Under the pieces are notes generated by a model that had not been told where the DNA came from, ran no database searches, and was given only the letters and a program-made list of their open reading frames with translations. The translations under genes and the position numbers were made by a program. Shown in pieces: positions 44,623-57,218 of a stretch of 64,000 nucleotides of DNA. Position 1 is the stretch's first letter, and each line of letters starts with the position of its first letter. This DNA is from the human T2T-CHM13v2.0 reference genome, Homo sapiens: assembly GCF_009914755.1 (NCBI RefSeq), contig NC_060935.1; one strand, written 5' to 3'.

Positions 44623-45084
44623 CTGGAAAATAAGACATTTACAATATTTTAAAATGGGTTAAGAATTTTTACTTGTTTTTCGGTTGTTTTTTTTTTTTTT
44701 TTTTTGCCACCCAACTCTTTTGTAAAGTTGAAAGTAACATTAGAACAAGAGTAAAAAGAAAAACAAAACCTGAAATAAAACTATTTCTAGAAAAACATCG
44801 GGAACCATTATGTTTACTTCATTTCCAGAACTACGCATAATAAATAGGTTCTGCAAATAAGTAATTTCACAAATCTTTCCTGGAATTCCCCTGGCTACGC
44901 TTGGACCTTGAGAACAATTTTACCAGAAAAATGATCAAATAGGAATGTGAAGTCTCGGAATACTCCCATACTTTTGTACAAATGTTTTATACCAAACCAC
45001 TCACTTGCTAAGCATGATGAAGAGATAGGCTATCTATGGTTAAGAATAGTTTAAGGAATAATCAATGAATTGGGCAGTGATTAC

Positions 45085-45555
45085 CTGGCATGATGCAGCG
45101 CCATTGAGACATCATTTTAACTTTTTTACTGTCAAATGATTCAGGAGTCATTATTTCTCTCGGCTGATAGGGCTGTTAAAAAGAAGCAAGTATCCGATTG
45201 TGGTGGACTCATGAGTCTATGCCTCTCCACCACAGCAGGATTCCTGGCTTCCATTCCAGTGTCCTTTCATTGGCCATGTTTTGGACGCGGGGTTCGCCTT
45301 CCCTTCATTGTCCCTTTACTAATGGAAGGCGAACTCACAGTGCAGCTGCTTGCAAAAAGGAAAATTTATTTGAGTTTTGCCTGGCTGTGGACTTGAACAC
45401 TGAATCCATGGTGACATCAGCAGAACGACACCAACGGAAAGATTTCCTGCCCTCTACCCCCCTTCCTTTTTAAAAATGTACGTCTTGTACAAAATCTCAG
45501 TGGATCTCCTTTGTCCCAAACAGATGGGACAGTTTGACCAGATAATATTTTTTAT
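45085..45555 (-). other. Candidate MIR100HG exon (internal or first exon)
   Basis: Donor CAG|GTAATC at 45085/45084; acceptor CCCAG at 45556-45560 after a long pyrimidine tract; CpG-enriched and free of repeats. Confidence 0.4.
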
Positions 45556-45559
45556 CTGG

Positions 45560-45831
45560 GAAGGACAGGAGGAAGGAAGGAAGGAAGGAAGGATGGAAGG
45601 AAGGAGAAAAAAAGAGAAAAGAGAGCGGCACAGAGAGAGAAAAGAAAAAAGAGAGAAAAAGAAAAAGAGCCAGAGACAGAGAAAGGAAAGAAAGAGCAAG
45701 ATAGAGAATAAAGAAAAAATAAAGAGAAGGAAAAAAGGAAAGAATAAGGAAAGGAAGGAAGGAAGGAAAGAGAAAGAAAGAAGGAGAAAGAAAGAGAAAG
45801 TAGGAAGAAAGGAAAGAAAAGAAAGAGAAAC

Positions 45832-45892
<61 letters not shown>
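45560..45892. repeat. Polypurine GA-rich tract ending in (GAAA)n
   Basis: Direct reading. Confidence 0.95.
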
Positions 45893-45893
<1 letters not shown>

Positions 45894-47564
45894 CAAGCTT
45901 GTTCAAATCTAACCTTTGTCGTTCACTCTGACAGTGGGTGTCCCCTGAAGCAGGGGAGACACTAGTGTTTGGTCTCCTACAGCTTTTCAGTTTTTCTGAT
46001 CGTTTCTCTCATCCTTTGCAGTCACTGGTTTTTGCCAAAAGATCCAATCACCTCAACAAAAGAGGCACATCCAGCAATTGCTACTCCAAGAGTAATTCAT
46101 TGGTGCCAATTGTCGTGCCACGTTTTATCCACCTGGGACATTGCCACAAGGATATCAGACCACAGAGTGGGAGCAGCGCTCAAGGATATGACGCAGAGGC
46201 TTTTGGCATCAAAACCAGTTAGCTTAGGTAGAACTCATTCCTTTTTACAAGGAAAAACTGGCCAGAAGGCAGTAGGGAGCGAGGAGAATGGCAAAGCAAT
46301 GCCATGGCTTTCATGTTTCTTTCGAGCAAATGGAACACTGAAGATTGATGGATATTTATAATCTTCATCTCACCACACCCTGCCCACACTAAACAATATT
46401 TTATGAAAATGATAAATGCAAGTGTGTGTAGATCAAGCAAAGAGAAAAGATGGAAAATGGTATAATAGAAGATAGATCGGATGAAAACAAAAGACACTCT
46501 TAGACTATTTGAATAGTGAGCTTACTTTTCTGTAATTAAAAAAATCTTAAACCCACTTAATATTCACTTAAAACAGGCATATAACAGAAATCAACTATTT
46601 GAGAGTGAGAAATTGATGGCAAATTCACTTTTGACACACTAGATGAAACAAAAGAGAGACTTTGCCAGTACCAAGTTGTATCGTGTGCGCTGGCTAAGGT
46701 ATACTACTTTCACTTTTGAAAGGAATAAGTTTGCTCAGGATGACAATTTTTCTTCCTTTTTAAAATGCAAACAATGATGCCAGCCTACAACTTCCTTTCT
46801 AGCTATTTTGCTAATAAAGCAGGGGAGGAGAATTGAAATTTGAAAAAATAACAAGACCTTGATTCTGACATAGAAACATCAGACACGTACTTTTAAAAAT
46901 CAGATGACTGTCATCTCTTTAATAGAAGTGAACTATATGCTATATAAATGCTTCCTAGACACCAGCCAACTTTAACACTTTCTGTTCAAAGCTATGTTTT
47001 GCTCTTGAGAAAGTATCTCACAATTAGATGAGAAAGTGGGTGGATAGGATGGCTTGGGAAGATTTGAAGATTGAATCCTGCAAGAAAAGAGATACATAAT
47101 ATGTAAAGAGTGAGTATTTCTTGAGGGTTTTGACCGCATGACAATGGAGTCTTGTTCTGGGAAAGTTATAGAGGAGCCTGGAACGTCCAAAATGATACTT
47201 ATAAAAAAAAAAAAGCAACCTTCAAACCCAAGAAAAGATGTTCAGCTGAAACAGAAAGACCTTTTTTCTTACTCCAGGGTGCAGATCCACTCAGAGGAAA
47301 AGTCACACACCCCTGTCTCTCTGCATTTCACCCAGCAGGTCAGCGTTTCTCCACCTAGGGCTCTCCATGTCTATTGATTTCCACATGTCTCTCTTTGTTT
47401 GGAACAACAACCAACCAACTAGAAGACGATTTTATATACTCTTCACCAAATTGAAGTTGGGAAAGAAAAAAAGTATTAGACTATTTTCCTTACTTCTCGC
47501 TCTCAACTTGTCCCAAATATTGATCTGGTTATTTTGCTTTCTAGCCCTCCATCAACCTCCTAAC

Positions 47565-47576
47565 TCTTTCTCTCTC

Positions 47577-47649
<73 letters not shown>

Positions 47650-47664
47650 TACACACACACACAC
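47565..47664. repeat. Compound (TC)n(CA)n microsatellite
   Basis: Direct reading. Confidence 0.95.
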
Positions 47665-48099
47665 AACTGCTGCTTGATCCAATCTGGTGCCTGCTTAACA
47701 ACAAGAGAATGACAAGCAACATCTGTTTGTAAAAGAGCCAAAGTCAAACCTTAACGTTTTTTTGGCTAGGTTTCTTTTTTCCTTTTTCCCCAGACTCTAA
47801 AATGGGAGGGGGCAGAAAGAGAAATATGAAGATTTATATTCAGCATCGGCTCCAATGAGGCAGCATCTATACTCCCCTAGAGCTATTTCAAGGTAAAAAC
47901 AATTTTAGGTAAAACCACTGCAGAATTTATGGTCGTCTCCCCTGCAGCAAGCCCAGCCACATAAAATCCAACATATCAAATCCCTAAAAGTCAGGATTTT
48001 TTCCTAATAGCTTTATATTCATCTTCTAATTAGAATTACAGGGTCTTTGTGTTGGGGGAGGGGTGGTAGAGATAGAAAGGGAGGAGGGTAAGACAGAAA

Positions 48100-48700
48100 A
48101 AGAAAAATAGAGAGGAAAGGAGCGCCGTTGTTCCTCCCAGATTTTATAACCCAGGCGTGTAACAGGCATATTTACACTTGTGCCACGCACAGGATCGTGC
48201 ACTTGAAGCAGCAAGGCTGTGGCAGAAATCTGCACAGCTGTAGCCATCAGAAACAGGCTCGCTCATTCCCCCACGGAGAGGTGGTTTTCTGGAAAGCTAC
48301 CAACAGACCACAAAGTCACAATGCAAAGGATCAGAGCTCCCTCAATGGGAGGGGCCGGGGGTGGAAGGGAGGAGAAGGAGCTGGTAAAAAAGAGAAAGCC
48401 TCACTCACCAAATGAAACAATTTTGCCCCCAAAGAAGGGAAATAGGGGACTGTCAGAAACTCAACTCCCATTTCACTCAGGGTTTGGAATAAACCCACAC
48501 ACATTAAGGGAAAAATAAATGCAGACAAGTTGCTAAGGAGACTTGTGTAAACTCCAAGCGCAGACATATTTCTTGGCCTTTCCCCCTACGCTCCATCTTG
48601 TATTCTGATCACGCTGCTCTGCGGCAACGTTGCACCAACCTTCTGCATTAATCTTGGCCCTAACCGTGCATTCTGGCAAAGCACACGGGTTGTAGATATC
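48100..48700 (-). promoter_or_regulatory. Candidate proximal promoter of the miR-100/let-7a-2 primary transcript
   Basis: TATAAAA (48142-48148, minus), pyrimidine initiator near 48119, GC box 48347-48364, RFX X-box-like GTTGCTAAGGAGAC 48529-48542, locally retained CpGs. Confidence 0.5.
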
Positions 48701-48730
48701 ATCATCTTTCAAACTTAACAAGTTAAAAGG

Positions 48731-48771
48731 GTGTGTGTGTTTGTGTGCATGTGTGTGTGTGTGTGTGTGTG
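48731..48771. repeat. (TG)n
   Basis: Direct reading. Confidence 0.9.
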
Positions 48772-49475
48772 ATTAGTTGGGGGGAAAAGTAGAGAAATCT
48801 TAATTTGGATTTTAAAAACATAGGTGTTGAACAAAGAATATTTACAGTGCATATTTTGGGAGCAATGGGGAAAGGATAGGTAAAACATCTAGCACTGGAA
48901 ATTTCCTTTAGTCTGTAGATTCCTTCATTTCTCCATACCCCTATACTTTTTCCCCCTCCCACATCTTTGGTTAAAATCCTGTGCCCCTGGCAGATGCAAG
49001 CAGAGCCTGCATCACTGCAGATGACGGTGTAGGGGCCTAGGCTTCTGCAGAAAACAGTGCATTCGACAAAGTTGAATCCTGCTCCCCTACTCAGGGTGTC
49101 CCAGAGAGACCAGCTTTTTGAAAACAAAGGGGGTCAATTCAAAAAAACACCTAAACCAAACCTGTTTAGGTTAGAAACCAGCTAGCATTTTGGAGGAGGG
49201 ATTTCAGCCTGATGTCCACCCGCTGGAGCTGAGAGCTTGTCCCACAGTGATACATCTTCAGTAGCAGCTGATATATGTCAACATTTGATTTAGAAGAAAA
49301 TTAACATTTTCTTTCAGGACAGGGATGTTTGTACTGTAGAAGCCAATATTTTCCTTTCTCAGCCTCTCGTATTAGAATTTCTAAAATCTTCCCCAGGACA
49401 GAGAGAGGGCAGACAACAAATGTTCTAAATAATTGCTCAGAGCACTGGAGCAAACTATATGCCCCCAAATCAAAT

Positions 49476-49746
49476 CTGTGTGTAGGTTTACATGTGTGAC
49501 TTTGCATGTTTGCATGTGTGTGTGTTTACATGTGTGCACATGTGTGTTAATGTGTTTGTTCCTTTGTGTCTCCTCTATGTACGTGCGTGCATATTTGAGG
49601 ATGTATGTTTGTGTGTGTGCAAGTGTGTATGCTTATGTGTGTTTGTGTTTTTGCAGGTGTTTGTGTGTATGTGTGCATATGTGTGTTTGTGTGTGTGTGC
49701 TCGCATGTGTGTGTACTTGTGTGTGCCTGTGTGTGAGTGTGTGTGT
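49476..49746. repeat. Degenerate (TG)n tract
   Basis: Direct reading. Confidence 0.9.
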
Positions 49747-52700
49747 ATTTCCCTGCCTCGCTATGATAGTGGGATTAGTGAGATGCACACCAAGGCAGTT
49801 GGAAGGTGAGCCATCTGCTCAGTCCCTTCTCAAATTAGGGAAGTTCAAAACATTTGCCCACCAGCCACAACAGAAAAGCTCCAGTGACGAGCACCCAATC
49901 GAGCCTGCTGATTTAGTTGCAATCCTTGGACGGGTGGCCATGGGACAAGATCCTGGTGAAGGGATGGGAAAAGTCTTTGCATTCTGCAAAGGGCTGGGTG
50001 TGTCTCTTCATGCTCCAAGAAGGCTATGCATCTTCCATCTCTTCCCTCTGCCAACCTCTATTTGGTTTTCACACTTCAAGGCTAAAGCAAGCTGTGCTGC
50101 CTCAGTTGAAATAAGGCCGCCAAGCAACTCTTAAGCTAGCAAGATGGAGATTTGGCTCCCGCCATTTGCAGAGAAAGGCACTGTCCTGTAACTGGGCCTG
50201 CTTGCCTACCCTTTACACATAGGAGCCCTCGATTTTAGGGAAGGGGACATCATTGGAGTTTTTTATGACCTTTTCCCTACAAAGCATATCCTCAGATGTT
50301 TTATGGCACTAAGCCATCATGACTCAATCAAAATGAAAAATGAACCTGGAGGGAGAAGCTCAGGGTGGGCATATCTCAGCAGGCAACTGGGCAATTACCC
50401 TGTGACCTGGTTGGCCTGGGGGCAGGGCAGTGACACCTGCATTTTTTCATTTGTCCATGAAACTGCAGTAGCCTGAATCCCAGGATATCCTGCCTAGGCA
50501 CCTGTTGGCCTATTTTTCCTGCCTGCTGGGATTGAGAGAATTGTCTCACCCTAATGTGAAGACATATTTGTTAGGATACTGCGTGATTCTATATGATCAA
50601 AGAGAGGAAGAACTAATTTACAGGATCAATGCAACAAATGATCCTAAAATAGAGGATTCTTTCCCATGTAGATTGCCAAAGAAAATGCTTTCTATTGTAA
50701 GTTGGCTCACTGCTTTCTCAAATTCTCTAAAGAACAGAAAACACATGAGACACCTTTCATTCTACCACCACCTCCCCTCCCTCCAACCTTACCAGTTCTT
50801 CGTGGAAAAATGAAAGCTATTAGGAAAGAAACAAGCAACATGGCTAGGCCAGCCTGGAAGGGAGACTGCACCAGACACATAAGTGCATTTGGATAACTTT
50901 CAGATAGAAAAAATATAGTTTTAAAAAACATACTGGAAAATCCTTAAGAAGCTTGTTTTTTTGTTGTTGTTGTTGTTGTTTTTTGAGATGCAGAAGGAAA
51001 AATAACCAAATTAACAGTGGCTGGAAAATTAAAATGCTACCCAGACACATCTCAAAGAATAAAGTAACACAACTTCTATTTCCAACAGGGGTATTGGGAC
51101 ATGTTTGCATATATGTGTAGATTTGTAAGCAGACTCAAGTACTTGTCATCCAAATCTCTCACTTCTAGCCTTGAAGTGAAAGAACACATCTTTTTCACAT
51201 TGTGTAAAGTGACCTTCCTTTACTCCACCCTAAAATTCAGTTTTATACTCTACATACAGGTTAAGGAACAGAATGTTCTACCTCCATCGTTTATGAGCTA
51301 ATGCTCCAGATTGTGAAATGCTTTACACATCATTCAGCAATTGTCTCCCAAGTCCAGTTGGTATTATCACTCCACATTGCATAGAGAGTTGACATAGAGG
51401 AAAAGTTAAGTGTCTTTCCCAAGCTCGTATATTATTGTAATGACAGCTTTAGAATTCAGATTTTTCTCCCCTTTTTAAACTGGTGAGAGGGTTCTAGGTC
51501 TGGCTGAAGGAATTTGGAGGTGTCCCTTCCCTCATTCTGCATTGTCAGTCAGCTGTTTTGTATAACATGTAATCCCAAGGTATAGAAAACCCCAGCCATG
51601 TGGCCTTCAGTGCTGCCATCTTGGGTGACCCCAAAGAATAAGCAACCAATGGCTCATCTTGGGGACTGGCATCAGAGATAAATTCAGGTTGAGAATGGTC
51701 TCCAGACATGTATTCTACTCATGCCAATCCATTGGCACGTTTCTGTCATTCTGATCATAAGCAACAGATGACAGGCCTCACTCACAATTCTGCAAAATGG
51801 TTTATACTATCTAGACTAAAACTAAAGCCCATCTTTCCATTACCTGAGTTAATTGTCAATGCTCTCCGAATTTGTATTGTTTTTATACATGGACAGGGTT
51901 GAGGAGAGGACAAATTCAAGATTTGAAGAGAGGGTATCAAGTACAAAGTATCCTATGTAAAATATTTATGTTTTCTATATATCCACAAGTCAAGTGGTTA
52001 TTAATGTATACTTAAAAATTGCTAGTGTCTCTCGGGGGGCATTCAAATGGTTAAGATGCTATTCTTGGGTAAAATTAATCCATAATATAATTACATCTGT
52101 ATTTTCATCTTACATAAATAATTTATTTCTGACATTTAATGCGAACCAGACATCACCTCATGGATGGCTCATAGAAGCAGGGTCATATTTCCCATTTCTT
52201 TTGGTGTGGTATTTTTGGGGTGGTAGGCAAGAATGGGTGGGGTAAGTGGAAAGTCAAATCTTGACTCGCATCTAAATGATTTGTAAACAGAAAAGGCTGG
52301 GAAAAATCACAGATGCAGTCCAAAACTCCTTCTGCAGACATTTTAATCGTACCATGAGAAGTTGAGATGCCACCATTTTTTACTTTTATTTTTAAAAATT
52401 AAACCACTTACTCCAACTCTAACGGACTGATTGGGGCTTTTTGGAAAGTGAGAAGTATTCTGAAATCATGTCTGATCTTGGTAGGAAAGAGTTTTATAAG
52501 CACTTAGTAAGTCATCACTGCCATGGGGGAAGAAGGTTGATGATAAAATGTAGACCAAATATTTGCCATTCCTGGCTGACCCCAAACTTTTTCTGTATTG
52601 GCAGGTCTTTATCTTTCCCATGACAATGGGAGAAAGCTATTCAGCAGCTTCTCTGTGATCAGTATTTGGATTCCTGAGAAGAATATTTTTATTATTATAT

Positions 52701-55700
52701 CATTTCTGGACATTCTTGCTAATAAAGAAGGAGTTCAGGTTGATTTTTATCTTGCATTAACCAGGTCTGGCACATTTTATTCACATAATCTTTAGGGCAC
52801 AATCTAAGTTACTAGAGCAAGGTAGAAAAAAAACACAAAATAATTCCCATCCCCTTTTACCCATCACTGGAAGATACAAACCTGCTGATAGCTAAGCCTC
52901 TGTTAAAAGCAAAAAATCAAGAAAAAGAGAAAGTCTGGTGCAGCCAGCACCCTCAAATCCATTAATCCTAAGTCTAATTCTCTTTAGAATCTAAGTAAGA
53001 CAATATATTTTACAACAAAAACCTCTCTCGGGCCAATGCAACATGACAAGACTGGCATGACTATTTCTTCTGGGAAGACTGGGAAACAAACTCTTGGTGA
53101 TGAGTGAGGGCAAGCAAGGGCGAGAAGAAGCCATTGTAATGAGCTGTGGATGCTTTCCATCTTACCTTATTGACTTTGCCAGGCTCCCTCTCGCTACAAG
53201 GTTAGACAGCTATGGCCGAATAGGACATAAAAGTAGCAGACTTGCCCTTTATTTAGGACACTCAGCCACAAACAGAGGCACCAGAAGACCTTAGGCCCTA
53301 AGGAAGCTTTATCACTGTGAACGAGGTCTCACTATAAATTCAAAGGATCACTAATGGACTGCTGTTCCTACATGGAGGTGAAGCCTCAGTCTAAGGTCCA
53401 AGTAATTCAAATAAAAGTCCCTTTTCAGATACAGATGCCTAAAGGCACCACATTACAGACTCTCTCACTCCTATTGATCTAGATTTCTCTGCTGAACTCA
53501 TATGGTAGGCCATGAAATCCACCTTCCCCAGAGACAAGGCAGTTGGGTATTGATTCCAACCTGCAGGGAAACCCACTCTATTTCCACATTTCCAAGATGA
53601 GGCAGAGGACGCTTTCTTCCCCTTAGCCCTCAGGAGCTACCATAATGGCCCACAGAGATGGAGACTTTCCAGCCATTGAACAGAGGTCATCGGTCCTTTT
53701 TATGAGCAAAATAGATAGGGCTCACAGGTCCTCATGAAGTTGGACCATCAACTAGTTCATCCCTCTGTCACCAGCGAGGAAGAAAAATGTGTTCTCCAGT
53801 CCCTCCCCACTTTCAGTACATTTGGTAAATGAACAGGAAGGGTCAGGGCCACCAGATGTTTTTCAGTGACCTGTGTGCATGCAGCCAGGGATTAAGATCA
53901 AGTTGCTGATGAGTTTTCCTGGTGGACCTGGAGTCCCCAGCAAAAGCAATGACCACAGGAGACAGGAGCCCCTACCTCTGAGGTAGGAATTTTCAAGGAG
54001 ACTTAGAGGCTTGACCTCCAAAGGGGAAGCCTGGTTGGAGATTACAAATAAAGTACAATAAAAACTCTGTCTGGAACAGGTTTACATAGAATCCCCTGGG
54101 TAACAAAAAATTATGAGAAATTCCATCCAGGAGTTGAGCTGAGCATCAGAACCTTCATGTCTGCACATCTGTAAGTCCTATTAGTGCTTATAAGATCGAC
54201 TTGCCCCTGGATAGATTTGGGAAATGCAGTTACCCTGAAGGGGCCATGACAATATGAGAGCTAACACATGGCTGCCTCAAACCTCTCCTCAGAGCTTCCT
54301 TTCGGGGGATATGAGCAAGTGGATTGTGAGCTCCAGGGTACCCCCATCCTAAATTATCACCCCCCCCATCCATGTGCAGAAGCGTAACTGCGTGTCTCCC
54401 CAGCAACTGCTTAGTCGATGCCAGTTTGCAGGTAGAGATGCTGGCATTTTACTGCTGAAACCCAGAGCTAGATTTTCTTCTTAGCAGTTCACAGCCCCTC
54501 TAGACCCATGGCAGACAAAGGCATCACCAAATCCTCACTAAGCTAACATAAAAGCCCTGAAAACAGAAACCCCTCTCTCTCTAACTGCCTTTCTTATAAC
54601 ATATGGCCAACTGGCCTCACTAACGCTAATACGACGAAATTCCTATTTAAACATCCTAGTGGAGGGCTCTAATATGGCACTGTCTCTACTGTGCATTTTC
54701 TTTCTTTTTTTTTTTTTTCTGTTAGATCTCTGCCTTTACTAGATTCCCACTTCCCTGCACACACATACCTCACAAATGGGCTGCGCCAGATGGACTCTTA
54801 ATCATAGTAATCAGCTGGGAAATTAAATGTTAGAAAATCCAGCTAGTCTCCTGAATTTTCCCACTTGAGATTAGGGCCTGAGCTGTCACCATGTCCTATA
54901 TGAGACCCAAGCTGCCTTTTAAAGAAGGACCAATGTGACAGATCCAGTATGGGCTTCATGCTTTATGGGTGTTTGTGTTTCTTTCCCGGAAAATGACTGC
55001 AGCTCAATTCAGTTTTGTTTCAGTTCTGACGGCTGCTATTAATACCTCCTATTTACAGAACACACACCTCAGAGGAGCTCAAAACATTTACAGAAATTAA
55101 CCAAGCCTTGCAACATCCTGTCAAGTATGCAGGGGCTAGATCTTACTTTCTTCATTTCAGAAGAAGAAACTGAATTAAGAGGGCAATTTTTTTTTTTTTT
55201 TTTTTTTTTTTACCATGCCACAAAGACAGGACCTCATTACCCCCTCATTTCTGGTGCTCTGCCAAATGAAGTAGGTGTTGTTGTTTTTTTTCATAGTGTA
55301 CTCACCAGCTTGTTATGCTAGTATTTTTCAGACACACACAGGCACACATCATGATGTAAAATCCTGATGTGCAAATACGTCTTCTTTCTATAAATCTCCC
55401 CACAAGTGTTATCACAGGTTTCCTCTAGTAGGTGATCAGTGAGTATGATTGATTGGTTTGCAATAAACCTAACGTCTTTAGTTTTCTCCATCTTTTCCCA
55501 GAAGGCTCCTAGATGCTGCTCAAATGTTGCTTCCTCAAGTGACTCTGAGGTCCCATCAACGGCCAGGTTTTTGATGATTCTGTTGTACCCACCTCATCCA
55601 GCTCTCACCTCACTGGAACTATTAAAAGGCATCATAGTAAAAAGAAAGGAACTTTGTAGTCTTTGAGATAGACAGGACTCCATTTGAATCCAAGGTCTGC

Positions 55701-56419
55701 CATTGGGGGACAAGGTAATGAACTTTTCTCTATTTCCTTATCTATAAAATGATATAATAATATCTACTTCGGAATCCATCAGGATGCTATTTGTAAAAGG
55801 TGAAAATGTAAACGATTTACTATTCATCAATATGGGAATCATCAGATACATCACCAGTATTGATGAATATCAATGCTGAGGGATACTCTGTAGCCCTTAT
55901 AAAGAAATACTAGACATATATAAAGCAAGAACTGACAAAGAAATACTTTTAAGACATATTAAATGTAAAGAACAAGTTGAAGAGAATATATGTGATTATA
56001 CATATATATATATATATATATGAAATATTCCCAAACTATGCGGTTATAATAGTATACAGGCTTACTGAAAGGCAGGGAATGAGATAGGTGAATGAGATAA
56101 ACTGTATGACGTATGTATAAATAAAGTGCTCAAGAAATGGTAGTTACTTCTGTTACTATTATATGAGTTCCTTGGAGGTGTGACTGTGTTTTAATCTTTT
56201 ATTTGTAGCTCCTGGCAAACCACAGAGGCTGACTGAGTAAAAGAAAATTACTCAATGAATGACTCAATCAGGAATTAATTGTTGAGTCAGTAAATACGAG
56301 CACTAATGTGAATTACAAAGACTCTTATGTATTGTTTGGAATGTTTTCGAATGTAGGGAGGCAACATAGTCCTTTGGGAAGAAACAGGACTAAGAGTCAT
56401 AAGGCCTTGATTCTTGATT

Positions 56420-56562
56420 AGTGTTTCTTAAAGTGTGGTCTCAGGACCACCTGCAGCCAAATCACCCAGGAGGCTTATTAATTATTAAAGATTCGTGGGA
56501 CCCACCCCTGATCTGAATCAGATTCTTTGAAATTGAGATCCTGGGATCTGTGTTGTAAACAA
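56420..56562. mobile_element. MER5A/B-like element; remainder near 57220-57258, split by an L1
   Basis: agtgtttcttaaagtgtggtc...ctgaatcagattct... and aaagtttgagaa after the L1. Confidence 0.6.
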
Positions 56563-56564
56563 TT

Positions 56565-57218
56565 TTTCTTTTTTTTCAGCTTTTTTGAGGCAAAATTGAC
56601 ATATAGAAATTGTACATATTTAAGGTGTACAACTTAATGTTTTGATATATGTATACATTGTGAAATGTATATATTTTGATTTATGTGTACATTGTGAAAT
56701 GATCACCACAATGAAGCTAATTAACACATCCATTACTTCACATACTTCTTTCTCTTTCTCTCTCTTTCTTCCTTTCTTTCTCTTTTTTGTGGTGAAAACA
56801 CTTAAGATTTACCTGCTTAGCAAATGAAAGAAGACACAGAAAAATGGAGACATGAATAGTTTCTTCAATAAATGATATTAGAAAAACTGCATATCCATAT
56901 GCAGAAGAATGAAATTAGACCCTTGTCTCATATCATATACAAAAATCAACTCAAAACAAGTTAGAGACTTAAAAGTAAGATCTGAACCTGTAAAACTACT
57001 CGAAAAAAAAATAGGAAAAACTATCCTGACATTGGTTCTTGGCAATACTACTTTGGATATGACTTCAAAGACACAAGCAATAAAAGCAGAAATAGACAAG
57101 TAGGATCATATCAAATAAAAAGCTTCTGCACAGCAAAGGAAACAATCAACAGAGTGAAAAGGTAACCTACTGAATGGGAGAAAATATTTGTCCGTCATAT
57201 TTCTGATGAGGCGTTAAT
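56565..57218. mobile_element. L1MA with internal inversion (3' end on minus, ORF2 fragment on plus)
   Basis: Minus-strand 3'UTR 56565-56825 abuts a plus-strand ORF2-like segment (MKLDPCLISYTKINSK). Confidence 0.75.

Noticed and set aside
45454-45931. K/R/E-rich and F/L/S-rich ORFs of 114-151 aa
   Set aside because: Translations of the GA-rich tract, which lacks stop codons.
49433-50134. 233-aa ORF, the longest in the window
   Set aside because: The C/V-rich half is a translation of the TG repeat; no recognisable domain.
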